From an uncultured Candidatus Saccharibacteria bacterium (GTDB lineage: Bacteria; Patescibacteriota; Minisyncoccia; 2-01-FULL-47-10; CAYTAF01), in contig CAYTAF010000002.1 in the NCBI GenBank assembly GCA_964435865.1, positions 1-27,713 on the forward strand: a DNA stretch of 27,713 nt, in the 5' to 3' direction. Positions 16,457 through 22,085 of the stretch are shown piece after piece. The translations under genes were made by a program, and so were the position numbers. The notes below the pieces were generated by a model. It saw nothing but the letters and a program-made list of their open reading frames with translations, did not search any database and was not told where the DNA came from. Position 1 is the stretch's first letter. Each line of letters begins with the position of its first letter.

Positions 16457-16481
16457 GCCCCGAAAAAGATCCACAAATCTG
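16457..16481. repeat. Right arm of the inverted repeat bracketing nrdJ
   Basis: CCACAAATCTG (16471-16481) is the exact reverse complement of 14054-14064; pairing extends with bulges to GCCC 16457-16460. Confidence 0.65.
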
Positions 16482-16521
16482 TAAAAGAACTACCCTCTTT
16501 ATAAGGGTGGACTATTAATCT

Positions 16522-16555
16522 AAAAAAAAACGGAACCCCCGACAAGGGGCTCCGT
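16522..16555 (-). terminator. Intrinsic terminator between ftsZ and nrdJ
   Basis: Minus strand ACGGAGCCCC-N6-GGGGTTCCGT with one G-U pair, running into a T9 tract. Confidence 0.85.
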
Positions 16556-16650
16556 GAAAAACAGCTGATAATCAGTATACAGCGCACTCCTTCAAAGTTT
16601 TAAATCCTAAATTCCGCCGGCACCAGCAGAGATAAGCACTTGTGGAACAT

Positions 16651-18003
16651 TTATTCATCTATCTCTTTCAGGCGTTTGCGGATAAAAGCCGGAACCTCGA
16701 AATCCTCCTCACCATCCGAGTCTTCTTCCTCTTTGATGGGCTTGGATTCAACTTCAAACTGAGAGCGCCGAAAAGACCCGCGATTTTGTTCGCTGCGCTC
16801 GCTGCCATCTTGAGAGGATTCCTCGCCGCGCCCGGACCTCTCATGACGATTCGCGTAAACAGGCGCCTTAGGTCGAGCAGGATCTCTATTGCTCTCGGGC
16901 TCGACCTGCTTCCCTTCTTGTTCATTACGTCCTGTACGTTCGCGGTCCTGGCCAGCTGACTGTTTTGGCTGTGCTGTTGACTGCTGCTGGCCCGAAACTT
17001 CATAAATCTCACGCACTTCTTTAATGGGCTCCTTGCGCGGCATCTGCGAGCCCTCAAAACCGGTAGCAATGACAGTAATTTGCAATTGTCCTTTTGGCAA
17101 GGACTCATTGCGCACCGCACCAAAAATTACCTTCGCGTCCGGATCAATATTTTCGGTGATAGCCTGCGCCGCCTTATTAACCTCTGTCATTTTCAAGTCC
17201 TCGCCGCCGCTAATGTTAAAGAGTACGCCCTGAGCACCGTCAATAGAAACTTCAAGCAACGGGGAATTAATAGCTTTTTTGGCCGCCTCCGAAGCACGCT
17301 CGTCGCCCGTACCGGTGCCAATTCCCATAAGGGCGGAACCGGCATCACGCATAATAGCACGCACGTCAGCAAAGTCTACATTAATGATTCCCGGAAGAGT
17401 AATAAGATCCGCGATCCCCTGCACGGCACGCAAAAGCACATTATCCACCATCCGGAAAGCTTCCTCCAGCGTAGTTTTGCTGTCAATCAAGTTCAAAATG
17501 CGATCATTGGGAATTGTAATCAGGGTATCCACATTTCCCTCCAGCTCCTCTAAGGAATCCATTGAAATATTAGAACGCTGGTTGCCCTCAAAGGTAAAGG
17601 GCTTGGTAACAACCCCTACGGTTAAGGCGCCAGATTGACGAGCCATTTCCGCCACCACCGGGATGGATCCGGAAGCAGTGCCGCCGCCGAGACCTCCCAC
17701 TAAAAAAACCATATCAGCTCCTTCCATGGAAGATTCTATATCTTCCTTGTTTTCTTCGGCCGCCTGCCGGCCCAGGTCCGGATCCATGCCAGCTCCAAGG
17801 CCACGGGTAACATTTTTGCCGATATGAATTTTCTCCGGAGCATTAGAGTGGTGCAGATCCTGCGCGTCTGTATTAACAGCAATAAAGTCCACGCCGTTGA
17901 TCTCTGCCTCGATCATTCTCTGGATGGCGTTGCCGCCGCCACCGCCTAAACCAATAACCTTCAATGAGGCAAAAGATTCCACCTGCGGATGAATTTCTGG
18001 CAT
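16651..18003 (-). CDS. ftsZ: Cell division protein FtsZ
   Basis: KVIGLGGGGGNA, GGLGGGTASG, VVTKPFTFEG and T7 loop NVDFAD; long charged linker; C-terminal DFEVPAFIRK. Confidence 0.99.
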   Translation of the reverse strand: MPEIHPQVESFASLKVIGLGGGGGNAIQRMIEAEINGVDFIAVNTDAQDLHHSNAPEKIHIGKNVTRGLGAGMDPDLGRQAAEENKEDIESSMEGADMVFLVGGLGGGTASGSIPVVAEMARQSGALTVGVVTKPFTFEGNQRSNISMDSLEELEGNVDTLITIPNDRILNLIDSKTTLEEAFRMVDNVLLRAVQGIADLITLPGIINVDFADVRAIMRDAGSALMGIGTGTGDERASEAAKKAINSPLLEVSIDGAQGVLFNISGGEDLKMTEVNKAAQAITENIDPDAKVIFGAVRNESLPKGQLQITVIATGFEGSQMPRKEPIKEVREIYEVSGQQQSTAQPKQSAGQDRERTGRNEQEGKQVEPESNRDPARPKAPVYANRHERSGRGEESSQDGSERSEQNRGSFRRSQFEVESKPIKEEEDSDGEEDFEVPAFIRKRLKEIDE

Positions 18004-18007
18004 AAGA

Positions 18008-18050
18008 TTTAGCTTTTAGCGTATTAGCTGATAACTGATTAGTTGGCTAA
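18008..18050. repeat. TAG-core 7/8-nt-period array in the ftsZ leader
   Basis: TAG at 18010, 18017, 18025, 18040 (TAA 18032); TTTAGCT TTTAGCG TATTAGCT GATAACT GATTAGT. Confidence 0.65.
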
Positions 18051-18103
18051 GTTTCAAAGTAATGAAATACTAAACTACTATAGCTTCAAAAAGTTATAAT
18101 TTC

Positions 18104-18131
18104 ATCTTATACTTTACTCATAAATTGTCAA
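18104..18131 (-). promoter_or_regulatory. Sigma-70-type promoter of ftsZ
   Basis: TTGACA (18131-18126), 16 nt, TAAGAT (18109-18104). Confidence 0.65.
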
Positions 18132-18137
18132 GGAACT

Positions 18138-18170
18138 AAAAAAGCACCCTACATATCGGGTGCCTTTTTT
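18138..18170 (-). terminator. Intrinsic (probably bidirectional) terminator between ftsA and ftsZ
   Basis: A6-GCACCC-N8-GGGTGC-C-T6. Confidence 0.75.
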
Positions 18171-18194
18171 GTAATATACTGAAACTTACGGAAA

Positions 18195-19445
18195 TTACGG
18201 CAAAAAGTTTTTAAAAAATCGCTTTACGCCTTGCAAGTCAACCGAAGCCCGTTCCTTAATCGGGTCACTCTGCTCCCCTGACTGATGAAAGCCGGAGATT
18301 ACCAATCCCATTGCTTTAACGTATGCCGGATCGGTTACCTGATCTACCAACCCTCGTGCTTCATGCGGGTAACCAATACGCGCAGGTAATTCCAATTCTT
18401 CTTTAGCCATCTCCAGCAGGCCTGGCAACTTCACGCCGCCCCCCACCAAAACAGCCCCGGCTGGCAAAAAGCCACGCCTGCCTATCCTTTCAAGCTCTTT
18501 ATTGACCAGATCAAAAATTTCCTTTAAACGAGCTTCGATAATCTCTGCCACTTCCTGCCGACGAATTCGCACCTGCTCGTCAAGGCCGAGATCAGCCAAA
18601 TTGATAACTTCTGTTTTGCGGATTTGATGGGGAAGCGCGGATCCATATCGTATTTTTGCCATCTCCGCAGTGTCCAAATCAGTGCGCAACCCAATAGCAA
18701 TATCACTCGTAATAAGGGCGGAGCCAATGGGGATGACCTTAAGATGTGCTATCTCACCTTCTTCATAGACTGCCAATGAGGTAGTTTCTGCACCGATATC
18801 CAGTACAAGCACGCCTAACTCTTTTTGCTTCTTGTCTAGCACTGCCTCCGAAGCCACAACAGGACTTGGATTAAACACGTTAGCCTCCAGACCGCCACTG
18901 CTAACTGCCTTATTCAAATTTTTTAAAAAGGGGCTGGATCCTGTTACCACTAAACTGTCCACTTCAAGCCGCACACCGTTCATTCCCACCGGATTTTTAA
19001 TGCCTTTTTCCGAGTCAATGTTATAACTACGTGCTATTACTTGCAAAATTTCTCTATTTTGTGCTGTGGAAACCGCTTCTGCCGCACGCACCGCTCTATC
19101 TGCATCACTTTGTGTAATTTCTCGGTCTGCACGTGAGACAGCCACAACTCCCTGGGAAGCGTTACCCTCAAGATGCGATCCATTCACTCCGACAACTACA
19201 TTTTTCAAATTCATGCCGGAAACATTGCTGGCTTCCTGCGCAGCATTGCGAATCGAGGCAGCCACATCTTCAATATCCACTACAATGCCACGGCGAGTAC
19301 CCTCACTTCGGCTGTGACCAGTCCCCATAACCTGCAAGCTAGCAAGCGGGTCCTGGCTTTCCTGCCGATCCGCCTTATTGTACATAGCCGTAACGACCCT
19401 GATGGTGGAGGATCCTACATCAAGACCTGTAATAATGTGGCTCAT
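18195..19445 (-). CDS. ftsA: Cell division protein FtsA
   Basis: GLDVGSSTIRVV, RRGIVVDIE, VGMNGVRLEVD, VLVLDIGAETT, IPIGSALITSDIA, EIIEARLKEIF and VLVGGG. Confidence 0.98.
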   Translation of the reverse strand: MSHIITGLDVGSSTIRVVTAMYNKADRQESQDPLASLQVMGTGHSRSEGTRRGIVVDIEDVAASIRNAAQEASNVSGMNLKNVVVGVNGSHLEGNASQGVVAVSRADREITQSDADRAVRAAEAVSTAQNREILQVIARSYNIDSEKGIKNPVGMNGVRLEVDSLVVTGSSPFLKNLNKAVSSGGLEANVFNPSPVVASEAVLDKKQKELGVLVLDIGAETTSLAVYEEGEIAHLKVIPIGSALITSDIAIGLRTDLDTAEMAKIRYGSALPHQIRKTEVINLADLGLDEQVRIRRQEVAEIIEARLKEIFDLVNKELERIGRRGFLPAGAVLVGGGVKLPGLLEMAKEELELPARIGYPHEARGLVDQVTDPAYVKAMGLVISGFHQSGEQSDPIKERASVDLQGVKRFFKNFLP

Positions 19446-19456
19446 AGAAAAACAAA

Positions 19457-19669
19457 TTAAAGACGGCCAAGTTTGCGTAAACGCTCTTTGCGCTTGGCAA
19501 TACGAGACCGTTCAATTGCCTCCTGACGCTGGAGGTGACGAGACTTAGGCTTTTTTCGTACCTGAGCCTCTTTGGCTTCCTGTAAAACACCGCTCCGTTT
19601 CACGCGTTCGGAAAAACGACGCATCAAGGAACCCACGTTTTCACCATCTTGTTTTCTGACTTCAACCAT
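19457..19669 (-). CDS. rpsU: 30S ribosomal protein S21
   Basis: VEVRKQDGENVGSLMRRFSERVKRSGVLQEAK...KPKSR; 70 aa, basic. Confidence 0.92.
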   Translation of the reverse strand: MVEVRKQDGENVGSLMRRFSERVKRSGVLQEAKEAQVRKKPKSRHLQRQEAIERSRIAKRKERLRKLGRL

Positions 19670-19674
19670 AAAAT

Positions 19675-19709
19675 AGTATAAAGTATTAAGTATAAAGTAT
19701 TAAGTATAG
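19675..19709. repeat. Five tandem AGTAT-core heptamers in the rpsU leader
   Basis: AGTATAA AGTATTA AGTATAA AGTATTA AGTATAG. Confidence 0.95.
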
Positions 19710-19738
19710 CATCTCAGCCACACTTCTCTTCCTGGGTA

Positions 19739-20065
19739 TTAAGAATTATCCGCTAACAAATGTAGATGGAAATGCTCCACAATTTGGCCAGCCCAATCAC
19801 CATTATTATTCTTCAGGCGATACCCCTTTTTAGCAACCCCCTCTTCCTTTGCTATCTTCAAACCTAGCTCAAAAAGACCCCCCAAAACAGCCCGCTCCGA
19901 TTCTTCTACTGCGACAGGTGGTTGAACAATATGCTGCTTAGGGATGAGCAGAAGATGCAATGATGCTTCCGGTCGGATATCATGGAATACCAAATAAGTA
20001 TCATCCTGATAAACGATATTAGCCTCCTGTTCTCCGTTTACAATTTTGCAGAAAATACAATCCAT
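19739..20065 (-). CDS. HIT (histidine triad) family nucleotide-binding protein
   Basis: DCIFCKI, FHDIRPEASLHLLLIPKQH and GQIVEHFHLHLL. Confidence 0.95.
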   Translation of the reverse strand: MDCIFCKIVNGEQEANIVYQDDTYLVFHDIRPEASLHLLLIPKQHIVQPPVAVEESERAVLGGLFELGLKIAKEEGVAKKGYRLKNNNGDWAGQIVEHFHLHLLADNS

Positions 20066-20070
20066 TTTAT

Positions 20071-20145
20071 TAGCTTATAGATTACTAGCTTATTAGCAGA
20101 TTAGTGTTAGCTAGTCAGCTAATTCGCTAGTTAGCTAAATAGCTA
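20071..20145. repeat. Two-armed 8-nt-period element (TAG arm / CTA arm) between hisS and HIT
   Basis: TAG at 20071, 20078, 20086, 20094, 20102; CTA at 20111, 20119, 20127, 20135, 20143 (the last is the hisS stop). Confidence 0.9.
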
Positions 20146-21456
20146 TTTTATGCCCAGGCGTTTTTTGACTTCAGTAACAAGCCGACTTATGGGCAAAACT
20201 TCCTGCGCCCCGCTTTCCATATCTCTCAACAAAATATTGTTGTCCATTAGCTCCTTTTGCCCCAAAATCAACACATAACTTACCCCAAGCCGATCCGCCA
20301 TTTTAAGTTGAGAACGTAATGAATCCCGGTCAAAAGAAGCTGCCGCTTTTATGCCGCTCTTTTTCAGTCGGTCCAATAACCCAAAAGAGTGCCGTTTGGC
20401 AGGATCAGAAAGTTGGGCCAAAAATACATCCGGATTATGCTTTGTTGGCACCTCGATGCCGTTTTCTTGGGCTGCTTTCACCAACCGTTCTGTACCCAGC
20501 GCCACTCCTGTCGCTGGCGTTGACTCGCCGCCCAAAGTTTCCACCAATTTGTCGTAACGACCGCCTCCACCCAGAGCTACCTGCCCTTCTGTATCATCCT
20601 GCATCCATATCTCAAAAACGGTCCGGGTATAATAATCCAGGCCCCTGACAATGGCGGGATTCAAATTATAATTGATCTCCAGCTCATCCAGAACCTCTAA
20701 AAACTTTTTAAAGTGCTGATGACAATCTTTGTCTAAATTATCAATGATTTTTGGAGCAGACTTAGCTAAACGCTGCGCCTTCTCACTTTTAGAGTCGAAC
20801 AAATGAAGGGGGCGACGCGCAATATTTTCCCGATCTTCTTTTGGCAGCGCGTCCTGATGAGAACGCAGAAATTCTTTCAGCTTCTCCAGATAATCGGGTC
20901 GACAGTTTTCATCACCAATAGTATTGACTTGAAAAATATAATCGTCAATACCGATACTTTCCAAAAAATTAGCAACCACTTTTACTGTCTCAGCTTCCAT
21001 GGCCGGCGAATCGGAGCCTATCACCTCCAGACCCAGCTGATGAAACTGTCGGTAGCGCCCCTTTTGTGGACGTTCGTATCGAAAAAATGCACCATCATAA
21101 AATAATTTTACCGGATGCGGTTTACTTTTAAAACCATGCTCCAAATAAGACCGGATAATCGGGGCGGTTCCTTCTGGTCGCATAGTCACCCGCTTATCAC
21201 CCTGCGTTCTAAAAGAAAACATCTCTTTGTACACAATGTCTGTCTCTTCACCTACTCCTCGCTCAAAAAGTTCGGTGCTTTCCAAAACGGGAGTATCGAT
21301 CTTTTCATATCCCCAATACTCAGCTTCTTCCCGAAAATTTTGTGACACTTTTTGCCAATATGGCTGTTCTTGGGGCAAAATATCAGCCATTCCTTTCACC
21401 GACTGTAAATCGATATCTTCCGCTTGATCATTTGTGTCCTGGGTGTTATCTGACAT
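20143..21456 (-). CDS. hisS: Histidine--tRNA ligase
   Basis: KGMADILP, MRPEGTA, FRYERPQKGRYRQFHQ, IVRGLDYYTRTVFE and GGGRYD, plus an anticodon-binding domain. Confidence 0.99.
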   Translation of the reverse strand: MSDNTQDTNDQAEDIDLQSVKGMADILPQEQPYWQKVSQNFREEAEYWGYEKIDTPVLESTELFERGVGEETDIVYKEMFSFRTQGDKRVTMRPEGTAPIIRSYLEHGFKSKPHPVKLFYDGAFFRYERPQKGRYRQFHQLGLEVIGSDSPAMEAETVKVVANFLESIGIDDYIFQVNTIGDENCRPDYLEKLKEFLRSHQDALPKEDRENIARRPLHLFDSKSEKAQRLAKSAPKIIDNLDKDCHQHFKKFLEVLDELEINYNLNPAIVRGLDYYTRTVFEIWMQDDTEGQVALGGGGRYDKLVETLGGESTPATGVALGTERLVKAAQENGIEVPTKHNPDVFLAQLSDPAKRHSFGLLDRLKKSGIKAAASFDRDSLRSQLKMADRLGVSYVLILGQKELMDNNILLRDMESGAQEVLPISRLVTEVKKRLGIK

Positions 21457-21462
21457 CTAGAA

Positions 21463-21486
21463 ACAAGAATATAAGTTACAAGAAAT
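21463..21486 (-). repeat. Short CTT-core 7/8-nt-period array in the hisS leader
   Basis: Minus strand CTTGTAA CTTATATT CTTGTTT CTAG-ATG; shares CTTGTTT with the recR leader. Confidence 0.5.
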
Positions 21487-21509
21487 AATTAGCGGACCTA
21501 CGGCCTCTT

Positions 21510-22061
21510 CTAATATTGGGGTGCCTCTATGGCATGAGCCTCACTAAAGGGCCACACACGCAACCACACCCGCCCGACAATTTTTTCTTTTGGTAGAGCG
21601 CCCCACCGGCGAGAATCGTAGCTGGTATCCCGATTGTCTCCCATTACAAAATATTCTTTCTCCTCGAGCTCCATAGTCAAGTGTCCAGAGGTTTCTTGTT
21701 CGGGAGGAAGATAAGAGGATTCATTCAAAACTTTACCATCTGGATAGGACTCATTATAGATCACCACGTCTCCATCTCGAATTTCTACTGTTTCTCCTGG
21801 CAGACCCACAATCCGTTTTATATAAAACTGGCTAGGATTCTCCGGGAACCGAAAGATAACCACCTCTCCGCGCTGTGGCGACCGAAATTGGTATGTAATC
21901 TCATCTGCCAACAAATAATCAAAAGGCTGAAAGGCAGGGTCCATACTCTCTCCCTGCACAAAAAAGGGCTGCACTACAAAAAGCCGCAACGGAATAACTA
22001 TCAATAATGAAAGCACCAGTATCTTTAAAAAACTCAGTGCACTGTCAAGAAGATGTCGCAT
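21510..22061 (-). CDS. lepB: Signal peptidase I
   Basis: N-terminal TM; VQGESM (catalytic Ser), YIKRIVGLPG (catalytic Lys) and YFVMGDNRDTSYDSR. Start is ATG 22061 or 22067. Confidence 0.96.
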   Translation of the reverse strand: MRHLLDSALSFLKILVLSLLIVIPLRLFVVQPFFVQGESMDPAFQPFDYLLADEITYQFRSPQRGEVVIFRFPENPSQFYIKRIVGLPGETVEIRDGDVVIYNESYPDGKVLNESSYLPPEQETSGHLTMELEEKEYFVMGDNRDTSYDSRRWGALPKEKIVGRVWLRVWPFSEAHAIEAPQY

Positions 22062-22085
22062 TATCATTTTAGTATAATGTAAAAA

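Noticed and set aside
16467-16649. DnaA-box-like sequences TGTTCCACA (16649-16641, minus) and AGATCCACA (16467-16475)
   Set aside because: They have one and two mismatches to TTWTNCACA, are far apart and are not clustered; too weak to call.
16441-16650. Possible cobalamin riboswitch or NrdR boxes upstream of nrdJ
   Set aside because: I could not find the cobalamin-riboswitch core motifs or a match to the NrdR palindrome. The region is short, and its hairpin is explained as the ftsZ terminator.
6402-20145. Interpreting the periodic elements as CRISPR arrays or MITE/IS ends
   Set aside because: There are no identical 23-47 nt repeats with unique spacers, no shared terminal inverted repeat or target duplication across elements, and no cas or transposase genes.
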